NCBI GenBank assembly: GCA_044222065.1
Contig: JBGAOA010000078.1
Location: 1-18,072, forward strand
DNA length: 18,072 nt
Origin: Candidatus Eiseniibacteriota bacterium
GTDB lineage: Bacteria > Eisenbacteria > RBG-16-71-46
Direction: 5' to 3'
Shown: one piece after another, positions 1 to 7,871 of the stretch
Numbering within the stretch: the first letter of the stretch is position 1
Layout: every line of letters starts with the position of its first letter
Program-made: the position numbers and the translations under genes
The notes under the pieces: model-generated
The model's database searches: none
Seen by the model: only the letters and a program-made list of their open reading frames with translations
Told to the model about the DNA's origin: nothing

Positions 1-2
1 CG

Positions 3-2006
3 GTGCACCTCGTGTTCCGCGTCAACCCCGGCCCGGGCAACTACGTGACGGCTGGCTCGAAGGCCAGCGGTCTGCGCAAGGTGCCTGCGAATCCGGCCGC
101 CATCGCTTCGGGCGACGGCTCGTTCTGGGCGACGTACATCGCGAACAACGGCGATGGCACGTACCCGAACGCCGGCGGCGCGAACAACCACGGCACGACG
201 GGCTCGTTCGCGACCCGTTGGAACTCGCTGGCCTGGAACGCGGCGCGCATGGACACGGCGGAAGTGTTCGCCTTCCCGGTCGCGGCGCGTAACTTCAACA
301 TCAGCCCGGCGACGGGTCTGTATGCCACGACGTACCACGAGAGCGATCCGCACGGCGGTATCGGTGCGCCGCTCGCGCTGGTGCGCAACCTGTGCTTCGT
401 CAACGACCTCGCGGGCTCGCTGAACGACATCACCTGCGGTCGTTCGAACGAGCCGTCGTGGCCGCCGGCGTGGGTCACCTCCGAGGTTTCCGGCACGAAT
501 CCGGCCGGCATCCCGGTGAGCCTGCAGTCGGGCGAAGCGACGAAGATCTTCCCGGACGGTCTGTTCACGCCGGGCACGCACGTCCAGTACTTCTTCCGTC
601 GTGAAGACGGCTCCAACCCGGTCGCTGTCGTGCCGGACTCGGAAGTCGTGTTCACGCAGGCGAACGAAGGCTCGTCGGACGCGCATCGCTGGCAGCAGTT
701 CGCCGTTCTTCCCGACATGTGGAAGAAGCCGGCGTACGGCGGCGCGAATCTGCCGTGCATGCTGTACGTGGACTGGAACGATCGCCGCGGTAACGAGCGC
801 GTTTGGGTCTCGGTTGCGGACTCGATCGGCGCGACGGCCTCGACGAAGTGGGGCGCCCACAACGGCTGGCACGCCGCTGGCGGCGCGAGCGTCAACGATC
901 CGGCGGCGTTCGTGTACAACAAGAACGAGCAGCCGGGCACGACCTGGGACATGTACGGCGTCAAGGCGGCCGAGTCGCTCAACAGCGGTTCGGGACACAT
1001 CGGTACGCGTACCTCGCACCGTGAGTCGTCGCCTGCTGCGCGCGCGTTCGGCAAGGACGCTCGCAATGCCCCGACGATCGACATGCTCGAGGCCTACTAC
1101 AAGATCATGATGATCACGACGGGCGACCTGAACTCGGCGATCTTCGGACCGTTCAACGACAAGTCGTCGAACGACGAAGGAATCATCGAGCAGTGGCTGC
1201 TCGGCGCCACGAGCACGGCGAACCGTGGTCTGTGGCTCATCGGTGACGGCGCGGTCGAAGCGACGGACGGTGATCCGTGGCTCAACAACTTCTCCGTCTC
1301 GCTGGCCTCGAACTCGTACCTGCTCGCTTCGGGTAACACCGCCGGCTGCGCGGACCTGATCGTCTACTCGCCGATCACGACCAACGACGACATCTACGGC
1401 GTCCGGAACGGCTGTACGTTCACGGACGACGTGCTGAACGTCGAAGCCGGTGGCGCGATGGGCGCCGAGTACACCAACTTCGACAACGCGGCTACGCCGT
1501 ACGTCGCGTCGGTGTACCACGCCGCTACCGCCCCGAATTACTGGGAGTCGATCGTGGACGGCTTTGATATCGAGAACCTCCGCAGCCGGTTCTGCGATAA
1601 CTCGGTCGGTCGCGTGTCGCACTTCTTCAACGCGTTCTCGAACGTCTTCAACTCGATCTGTGCGGTTCAGGGCACGCCGACGATTACGTTGGACACCCCG
1701 AACAACGGCTCGGGCAAGCTCTTCGTCGATGCGATGAGCCTTGCCAACTCGCCGCTGCGCACGGGCGAGGCCACGATTCGTCTCTCCTTCTCGAAGGAGA
1801 CGCGGTCGACGGTGAAGATCGTGGACGTCGCTGGCCGCCAGGTTCGTACGCTGGTGGATGGCCAGGTCTTCAAGGCTGGTGAGCACCCGCTCACGTGGGA
1901 CGGTGCGGACAATGCTGGTCGCACGGTGCCGCGCGGCGTGTACTTCGTGATTCGCCTCGACAACGGCAAGATGGTTGCCAACCGTTCGATGGTGGACCTG
2001 AAGTAA
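3..2006 (+). CDS. Large secreted/surface protein (5'-truncated by window edge) with C-terminal FlgD-Ig/T9SS-type sorting domain
   Basis: Frame is open from the window edge to TAA at 2004-2006 with strong GC3 codon bias and N/G/T/S-rich composition. C-terminus reads ...ATIRLSFSKETRSTVKIVDVAGRQVRTLVDG...LTWDGADNAGRTVPRGVYFV...RSMVDLK, matching the FlgD_ig/Por-secretion-tail pattern (I.DV.GR.VR.L ... WDG.D..G..V..GVYF). Confidence 0.85.
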   Translation: MHLVFRVNPGPGNYVTAGSKASGLRKVPANPAAIASGDGSFWATYIANNGDGTYPNAGGANNHGTTGSFATRWNSLAWNAARMDTAEVFAFPVAARNFNISPATGLYATTYHESDPHGGIGAPLALVRNLCFVNDLAGSLNDITCGRSNEPSWPPAWVTSEVSGTNPAGIPVSLQSGEATKIFPDGLFTPGTHVQYFFRREDGSNPVAVVPDSEVVFTQANEGSSDAHRWQQFAVLPDMWKKPAYGGANLPCMLYVDWNDRRGNERVWVSVADSIGATASTKWGAHNGWHAAGGASVNDPAAFVYNKNEQPGTTWDMYGVKAAESLNSGSGHIGTRTSHRESSPAARAFGKDARNAPTIDMLEAYYKIMMITTGDLNSAIFGPFNDKSSNDEGIIEQWLLGATSTANRGLWLIGDGAVEATDGDPWLNNFSVSLASNSYLLASGNTAGCADLIVYSPITTNDDIYGVRNGCTFTDDVLNVEAGGAMGAEYTNFDNAATPYVASVYHAATAPNYWESIVDGFDIENLRSRFCDNSVGRVSHFFNAFSNVFNSICAVQGTPTITLDTPNNGSGKLFVDAMSLANSPLRTGEATIRLSFSKETRSTVKIVDVAGRQVRTLVDGQVFKAGEHPLTWDGADNAGRTVPRGVYFVIRLDNGKMVANRSMVDLK

Positions 2007-2027
2007 GCTCGCTGAGCTCGCGGTAAC

Positions 2028-2064
2028 CGGACGGCGGGGCGCAAGCCCCGCCGTTCGCGTTTTC
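2028..2064 (+). terminator. Rho-independent terminator
   Basis: 13-bp stem CGGACGGCGGGGC / GCCCCGCCGTTCG (one G-U) with a GCAA GNRA tetraloop (2041-2044), followed by CGTTTTC; about 20 nt after the stop of the upstream gene. Confidence 0.8.
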
Positions 2065-2211
2065 GGGGCGCGGGCTGTCCGCCCCGTGCGAGCCGGGTGC
2101 GCGAACCGAATTCGGGTCGATGCCCGCAGCCCTTCTCGACCTCCGCGGCCGCGCGCGGCGTGAAATCGCGAACTTCGAGGCAGTTGCGCGTCCGCTGCCC
2201 GGGCTTTGCGC

Positions 2212-2241
2212 TTGACGGCGGGGAAGCACGGTTGCTAGCTT
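2212..2241 (+). promoter_or_regulatory. Putative sigma70-type promoter for the lipoprotein operon
   Basis: TTGACG (2212-2217), 18-nt spacer, TAGCTT (2236-2241) preceded by an extended -10 TG (2233-2234); about 45 nt upstream of ATG 2287. Confidence 0.6.
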
Positions 2242-2286
2242 CCGCCCACTTCCCTACTACAGGACTGGGCGTGCCGGGGGGCGTTG

Positions 2287-4338
2287 ATGCGCTTTCGTGC
2301 TGGCGTTTTGCTGTGCGTTTTTGCTGTCCTTTTTGCGGTCGGATGCCGCAAGCCACTCGCACCCAACATCGATCGAAACCAGGCGCCCGAGACCTGGATC
2401 ACGGCGGCTCCTCAGGACACGCTGACGCCGCGTGACGCCTCGGGCAACCCGATCTCCACCAATCCGGTTTCGCCATCGAGCATCGCGTTCCGCTTCCGCA
2501 TCTACTGGGCAGGAAGCGATCGTGATGGCGCAGTGGTCGGCTACTACGTCGCCGTCACGGAGACGGTCTCCACGCCGGGCCTCGGCGAGCCCTCTCTGCC
2601 TGGTCCGAAGCCGTCCGACTACCAGTACACGACGCGGTCGGACAGTACGATCGTGTTCACCGTGTTCCGTGATCGCCCGGATCGCCGTCACGGCTTCTAC
2701 GTGTATGCCGTGGACGACAAGGGCAAGGTGGACGCGACCCCCGCGAAGTTCATCTTCAACGCGGTCGATCAGTTCCCGCCCGTACCGATCATCGACGTGT
2801 CCGAGGGCGAAGCCGACGTCTTCGACATCAACGACAACGTCGCCGGCGTGCCGCTTTCGACACACCACCGCACTTACACGATCCGCGATACCGCGCGCAT
2901 CGGCGCGATCGCGCGCGACACGATTCCCTCGAGTTCGCGGCTGAGATTCCGGTGGCACGCCGAGGAGCGCGTGCTGGACAACCCGGCGAGGTCGTACCAG
3001 TACAAGCTCACCGAGGCGACCTTCAACACGGTGCCCGCGACGATCGACACGGCGAACTACGCGGCGGGCACGTTCGGCGTCGGGAACCGCGTCTTCACGT
3101 TGCTCGCGATCGACCAGGCCGGAGGTGCGCGCACGTCGCCGACGACGACGCGGTTCTTCCACGTGAATTTCACGCCGGACACCTGGTTCGCCGGCCCGAA
3201 TCCCACGCCGACCACGAATCCGACCTACTACTCGGTGGACCGCAAGGGACGCTATCGCAGCATGCCGAGCTGGGTGGGGCTCCCCGGCACGGCGTTCCCC
3301 GGCAGCTACTTCAATGCGGACTCGGCGGTGGTGCTGCCGAAGGATCGCTTGCGGCGCAACACGTTCTTCGAGTTCTACGAGGATCGCGTCTACGTGCGGC
3401 AGGAAGGCGACACGGTGAACATGAACTCGTTCGTCGTGTTCACGGGAGGCGGTTTCGACTCCGACTCGCCGTACAACGTGCGCGTGAACGGCTTCGGCAT
3501 CGACACGACGCTCGGCGCCGTCTTCCACAAGCGGCCGATGAACGGTTCGCCGAGCGGCTTCCGGCTCTACGTGCCCGTCTATCTCTTCCCGAGCGGCGCG
3601 CAGAGCGGTTACCCGCTGAGCGCGGTGTTCCCGCTCGACGAGGCGTTGCTCGTGCCCGAGCGGCACATCCACGGCTTCTTGCCGATGCAGCAGTCCGGCA
3701 CGGCCTACGCCACTCTGCGCGCGGTGGACGGCGACGGCGAGGAGGACGCCCGCATTCCGCCGAACGTGAAGGCGTTCATGGACTCCTCAGACAACATCAT
3801 GCACCCGGATCGCGTGCCGTTGAAGAGCCGGGTCATCAAGTTCTTCGTCAATCGCGCGCCGTACTTCCTCTACGACCTGAACGGCGGAACGCGCCCCGTG
3901 CCGACGAGCTCGCTCACGCGCACGATCGTGTTCTCGGCAATGACGCAGGCGACCGACGACGATCCGTACGACGGTACGAGCCGTACGCCGGGCGGCGCCG
4001 CGGGCTCGGCGCCGACTCTCCGCTGGACGATTCAGGTCCGGGGTCAGAACGCCGCGGGCCGCGACACGACGTACATGCCCCCGACCGGGTATTTCCGGAC
4101 GACCACGCCGCCTTCGAACATCACGGTGCCCGACTACATCGTCGGCACCCAGGTGCGCGTTCTCGTCGAACTCTCCGACTTCCCCACGGACACCTACGTG
4201 GACGGACAGGGCCGCTCGCGTCTCTACACTTTCGACGTGACCGTCCCCGCGCCCACCGCGGCCCGCTCGGCCGCAACGAATGCCTCCTCCTCACGACCGG
4301 GTGAACCGAGCGGGGCGATTGGGAGCAGACGCCAATGA
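2287..4338 (+). CDS. Uncharacterised lipoprotein with about four tandem FN3/Ig-like modules
   Basis: Signal peptide II MRFRAGVLLCVFAVLFAVG-C (Cys codon 2344-2346). Recurrent module motifs: NQAPETWIT...IYWAGSDRDG...YVYAVDDKG; FRW...LLAIDQAG; NFTPDTWF...LRAVDGDG; NRAPYF...TDDDP. ATG 2287 preferred over the adjacent TTG 2284. Confidence 0.85.
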   Translation: MRFRAGVLLCVFAVLFAVGCRKPLAPNIDRNQAPETWITAAPQDTLTPRDASGNPISTNPVSPSSIAFRFRIYWAGSDRDGAVVGYYVAVTETVSTPGLGEPSLPGPKPSDYQYTTRSDSTIVFTVFRDRPDRRHGFYVYAVDDKGKVDATPAKFIFNAVDQFPPVPIIDVSEGEADVFDINDNVAGVPLSTHHRTYTIRDTARIGAIARDTIPSSSRLRFRWHAEERVLDNPARSYQYKLTEATFNTVPATIDTANYAAGTFGVGNRVFTLLAIDQAGGARTSPTTTRFFHVNFTPDTWFAGPNPTPTTNPTYYSVDRKGRYRSMPSWVGLPGTAFPGSYFNADSAVVLPKDRLRRNTFFEFYEDRVYVRQEGDTVNMNSFVVFTGGGFDSDSPYNVRVNGFGIDTTLGAVFHKRPMNGSPSGFRLYVPVYLFPSGAQSGYPLSAVFPLDEALLVPERHIHGFLPMQQSGTAYATLRAVDGDGEEDARIPPNVKAFMDSSDNIMHPDRVPLKSRVIKFFVNRAPYFLYDLNGGTRPVPTSSLTRTIVFSAMTQATDDDPYDGTSRTPGGAAGSAPTLRWTIQVRGQNAAGRDTTYMPPTGYFRTTTPPSNITVPDYIVGTQVRVLVELSDFPTDTYVDGQGRSRLYTFDVTVPAPTAARSAATNASSSRPGEPSGAIGSRRQ

Positions 4339-6761
4339 CCCGGACAGGTTGGATGAAAGCGATCGCGCTCGCCGCGGTCGTCCTGCTCCCCGCACTTGCG
4401 GGCTGCAGCAAGAAGACCGTGAACAACGAGTTCCCGAATCAGTCGCCGACGGTGCGGCTGACGAACGCCCCGACGAGCACGCGGCAGGTGGACGCGTACT
4501 ACTACGCGATCACGTTGAACTGGGTCGGATTCGACCCGGACGGGCGTGTCGCGTACTACCTGTACGTCGTGGATCCTCCGGCGACGGGCGACACGACGTG
4601 GACGCGCACCGAGAAGAACGAGACGGTCATCCTGTTCCCGTCGACGCAGTCGAACACGACGACGGGCAAGGCGGACGACCCGCACACGTTCGTCATCAAG
4701 GCCGTTGACGACGACGGGGCGATCTCGCCGTTCGTCTACCGGTCGTTCTTCTCGTTCACGACCGCACCGACCGTCCAGATCCTCGCGCCCCGCCCGTTCG
4801 CGAACGGGCGCAAGTACGTGACGCCGGCCGTGCGCATCACGTGGGACGGCGAGGACGTGGACGGCGTCTTCACGAAGAAGCCCGTCAAGTACAAGTACAA
4901 GATGCTGACGACCTCGACGGAGGTCACGCTCTCGACCGCCCTCGCGGATCGTGATTCGGTCCGGCGCTACTACGCGCCGAGGAACTGGGCCTCGTGGGAT
5001 TCCACGACGGCCGAGAACCCGCAGGTGAGCTTCACGAACCTCGTGCCCGACCAGGAGTACATCTTCTGTGTCGTTGCGTTCGACGAGGCCGGGGCGTATT
5101 CGCCGGTGTTCACCCGTTCGACGAACATGCTGTACTTCCGCGTCACGTTCGCCGGGCAGAACAACCCGATCATCACGTTCTTCAACGAGTTCTTCACGTA
5201 CACGTACGGATCGGGTTCGTACGAGCCGAACAACCGCAACCGCTACGTCATTCTGGAGCTGCCGGCGGCACAGCCGATCACGTTCAACTGGTTCGCCGTG
5301 CCGGTCGAAGGCTCCGAGATGCGCAGCTACCGGTGGTCGCTCGACATGGTGGACCTGAGCGACGAGACACCACGCAACAGCCCGACCGACTACTCCCACT
5401 GGAGCGCGGCGTCCCTCAACGTCACATCGGCGACGATCGGCCCCTTCCCGGGCTCGGCGACACCCCACCGGTTCTTCCTCGAGGCCGAGGACATCAACGG
5501 CTTGAAGAGTCTCGGCATCATCGAGTTCACGGTCGTGCAGGCGACCTTCGAAAAGAGCCTGCTCGTCGTGAAGGACACGCGCATGCTCGCGGACAACATC
5601 CTGCCGGGTCAGTCGTGCGTGGACCGTCCGAAGGGACGCTGGCCGACGCAGGCCGAGCTCGACACGTTCCTGTTCGCCCGTGGCGGCGCCACCTGGCGGT
5701 GCTACCCCGCCGGTACGGTGACGAAGCCGGGGCTGTTCTCGGGCTTCGCCTTCGACACGCTCGGCACGCGCACCGGCGTCATCAACCAGACCGTGCCGCT
5801 CTCGAAGCTCGGTCAGTACCAGCACGTCGTCTGGATCTCGGACAAGAACGGCACGCAGAGCGACAACGACGGATCGAATCCGCAGACTCCGGAGAACGCG
5901 CTGCGATACATGTGCGGACCGAACCGACTCAACACGCTCGGGGCTTACCTCAAGCAGGGCGGGCGCGTCTGGCTCGTCGGCGGCGGGGCGCTCACCGCGA
6001 CGGTGATCAACTTCGACCGGGTGCCGAACAACACGGTGCTGCCCGCGCCGTGCCAGACGTTCGACGAGCCGAACGGCGAGCTGATCCCCGGTCGCATGGC
6101 CTACGACTTCGCCAAGTGGCGGAGCCAGATCAAGGACATCCTCGCGATCCTCCAGATCCGCAGGGATGCCGCGGCGCTGGGACGCAACCAGTCGAATCCG
6201 TTCTACACTTCGGCGGCGCTGCCGGCGAGCCTCACGGCGCACTCCGAAGCTTCGGGTGACTCGATGCCTCCGAACCGCACGACCCGTTCGGACTTCTTCT
6301 ACACGAACATGGACATCGAGTACTTGAGCCTCCCGAACGACTATCAGGAGGACATCGACCCGACTCCGGGCGAGAACTTCGCGCCCGCGATCGACTCGCT
6401 CTACCGTGCGGTCGGCTCGACGCTCGTCGCGCCGTCGCTCAATCCGGCGAACACCTGCATGACGGTCTATCCGGCGCGGGAGCTGTGGGGCGTGAACGAC
6501 TTCCCGGCCAGGCCCACGCTGATCGCGACGGGATTCGACCTCTGGAGTTTCCAGCGTGTTCAGACCCGTGCGCTCGTGGACTTCGTGCTCGGCCAGTTGT
6601 GGGGCCTCCCGCCGGCCGGTCCGTCCGCTCGCGCGTCGCGAGCCGCTCCCGCAACTCCCGGCATCACGACACCTGCCGGCGGAACAATCCAACCGGGAAC
6701 CGTCTCCACCTCGCGGTCGCTCAGGACCGCGCCGACTCCGGACCGGAAGTCCGCTCGGTAA
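4335..6761 (+). CDS. Uncharacterised lipoprotein: three FN3/Ig-like modules plus C-terminal alpha/beta (GATase-like fold?) domain
   Basis: ATGA overlap with the upstream stop. Lipobox LAG-C (Cys codon 4404-4406). Modules: NQSPTVRLT..LNWVGFDPDG..FVIKAVDDDG; TAPTVQI..ITWDGEDVDG..FCVVAFDEAG; FNWFA..FFLEAEDING. Then LLVVKD...YQHVVWISD...LGAYLKQGGRVWLVG. Confidence 0.85.
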   Translation: MTRTGWMKAIALAAVVLLPALAGCSKKTVNNEFPNQSPTVRLTNAPTSTRQVDAYYYAITLNWVGFDPDGRVAYYLYVVDPPATGDTTWTRTEKNETVILFPSTQSNTTTGKADDPHTFVIKAVDDDGAISPFVYRSFFSFTTAPTVQILAPRPFANGRKYVTPAVRITWDGEDVDGVFTKKPVKYKYKMLTTSTEVTLSTALADRDSVRRYYAPRNWASWDSTTAENPQVSFTNLVPDQEYIFCVVAFDEAGAYSPVFTRSTNMLYFRVTFAGQNNPIITFFNEFFTYTYGSGSYEPNNRNRYVILELPAAQPITFNWFAVPVEGSEMRSYRWSLDMVDLSDETPRNSPTDYSHWSAASLNVTSATIGPFPGSATPHRFFLEAEDINGLKSLGIIEFTVVQATFEKSLLVVKDTRMLADNILPGQSCVDRPKGRWPTQAELDTFLFARGGATWRCYPAGTVTKPGLFSGFAFDTLGTRTGVINQTVPLSKLGQYQHVVWISDKNGTQSDNDGSNPQTPENALRYMCGPNRLNTLGAYLKQGGRVWLVGGGALTATVINFDRVPNNTVLPAPCQTFDEPNGELIPGRMAYDFAKWRSQIKDILAILQIRRDAAALGRNQSNPFYTSAALPASLTAHSEASGDSMPPNRTTRSDFFYTNMDIEYLSLPNDYQEDIDPTPGENFAPAIDSLYRAVGSTLVAPSLNPANTCMTVYPARELWGVNDFPARPTLIATGFDLWSFQRVQTRALVDFVLGQLWGLPPAGPSARASRAAPATPGITTPAGGTIQPGTVSTSRSLRTAPTPDRKSAR

Positions 6762-6765
6762 ATCC

Positions 6766-7818
6766 ATGAAAGCGTTTCAGGGCTCTCCTTCGTCGCTCTT
6801 CGTCGCGCTCACCGTCGCGCTCGCCCTCGTGGCGGGCGCGACGAGCGTGCGCGCCCAATCCGCCTATCCCCCCGGATTCCCGCGAATCCCGATCTGGTCC
6901 TGGGCGGGCGCCTACTGTCCCTCGTGCGGCGCCGACAGCGTCGTCGCGCGCGCTCGCACGACCACGGTGCGGTTCAAGCGCGACCGGCGCGCGGAGGCGC
7001 GGGCGGACTTCGGCGGCTACCGCGTCTATCGCGTCGTGAGCGTGCCGGATTCGACGCGCATGATGCTCGTGCGCCGCTTCTCGGTGAATCCCGGCAGCGA
7101 ACTCACCTGGTCCTTCTCGCGAGTGGACACGAGCACGCTCGAGTTCAAGTTCGGCAACAGCGTCGCGGGGGACAGCATCGTGTCGTTCGTGGATCCGGAT
7201 TCGAACGGGAACTACGTGAAGGTGTGCCGGGTTCGCGACGAGTTCGACCGCTGCATCTCGCGCGGTGATTCGGTGTGGATCCTGCAGGCCCCCCCGGGCC
7301 CTCACGACGGCTTCGCGACCTACTACGCGATCACGTACGAAGCGCGGAACGGTCCCGACGTCGGCACGTACGAGGACCTGTACGTCCGTGGAGCGCTGCG
7401 CGACACCTCCCGGAACTACGCGAACTGCGGGGTTCCGGGCGACTCGACGACGTGTCCCTACGTGAACCTGATGCGCAAGGACCTCAACGTGACCGGTCCC
7501 GTGTATCCGACCGGCGGACCGACCGTGGACCTCGAGCAGGTGCGCGTCGTTCCGAATCCCTACCGCGCCGCGGAAGTGTGGGACGCGCCGGGCGCGAACG
7601 AGATCCACTTCATCAATCTTCCCTCGCGCGCGACGATCCAGATCTTCACGGTGAGCGGCGATCTGGTTCGCAGGCTCGAGCACAACGACCTCGTCCACGA
7701 TTACGAGCGCTGGGATCTGAAGAACGGGAAGGACAAGCCGATCGCCTCCGGGATCTACATCTACCGGGTCGAAGCGGGGTCGTTCGCGTTCCAGGACCGC
7801 CTCGTCGTGATCCGCTGA
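6766..7818 (+). CDS. Secreted protein with FN3-like region and VVPNPY-type T9SS-like C-terminal domain
   Basis: ATG 6766 (4 nt after the upstream stop) gives a Sec signal MKAFQGSPSSLFVALTVALALVAGATSVRA-Q. Contains DFGGYRVYR. C-terminus: VRVVPNPY...IHFINLP..ATIQIFTVSGDLVRRL...WDLKN......ASGIYIYRV.......RLVVIR. Confidence 0.85.
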   Translation: MKAFQGSPSSLFVALTVALALVAGATSVRAQSAYPPGFPRIPIWSWAGAYCPSCGADSVVARARTTTVRFKRDRRAEARADFGGYRVYRVVSVPDSTRMMLVRRFSVNPGSELTWSFSRVDTSTLEFKFGNSVAGDSIVSFVDPDSNGNYVKVCRVRDEFDRCISRGDSVWILQAPPGPHDGFATYYAITYEARNGPDVGTYEDLYVRGALRDTSRNYANCGVPGDSTTCPYVNLMRKDLNVTGPVYPTGGPTVDLEQVRVVPNPYRAAEVWDAPGANEIHFINLPSRATIQIFTVSGDLVRRLEHNDLVHDYERWDLKNGKDKPIASGIYIYRVEAGSFAFQDRLVVIR

Positions 7819-7822
7819 CCGC

Positions 7823-7857
7823 GCGCGGCGGCCCTCGCGAGGGGGACGCCGCCGCGC
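7823..7857 (+). terminator. GC-rich hairpin (possible terminator or mRNA-stabilising stem) after the lipoprotein operon
   Basis: GCGCGGCGGC (7823-7832) pairs with GCCGCCGCGC (7848-7857); inner CCTC/GGGG stem with a GCGA GNRA loop; no U-tract. Confidence 0.45.
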
Positions 7858-7871
7858 CCCTCGACCGGGCG

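Noticed and set aside
1720..2006. FlgD annotation as flagellar hook-capping protein
   Set aside because: Only the Ig-like tail resembles FlgD; there are no flagellar genes nearby and the same tail is on a subtilase.
2064..2210. Possible ncRNA or small ORF in the 280-bp intergenic region
   Set aside because: Only short GC hairpins (e.g. 2064-2086); no tRNA cloverleaf, riboswitch consensus or SD-supported ORF recognised.
2344..4440. Bacteroidota lipoprotein export signal (K-D/E-D/E) after the lipidated Cys
   Set aside because: The sequences C-RKPLAP and C-SKKTVNNE lack the acidic patch, so surface exposure cannot be claimed from this motif.
2257..6767. Long minus-strand ORFs (2257-3672, 4224-6767) and off-frame plus-strand ORFs (2952-4304, 4994-6259)
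   Set aside because: Shadows of the two lipoprotein genes; low-complexity Arg-rich translations.
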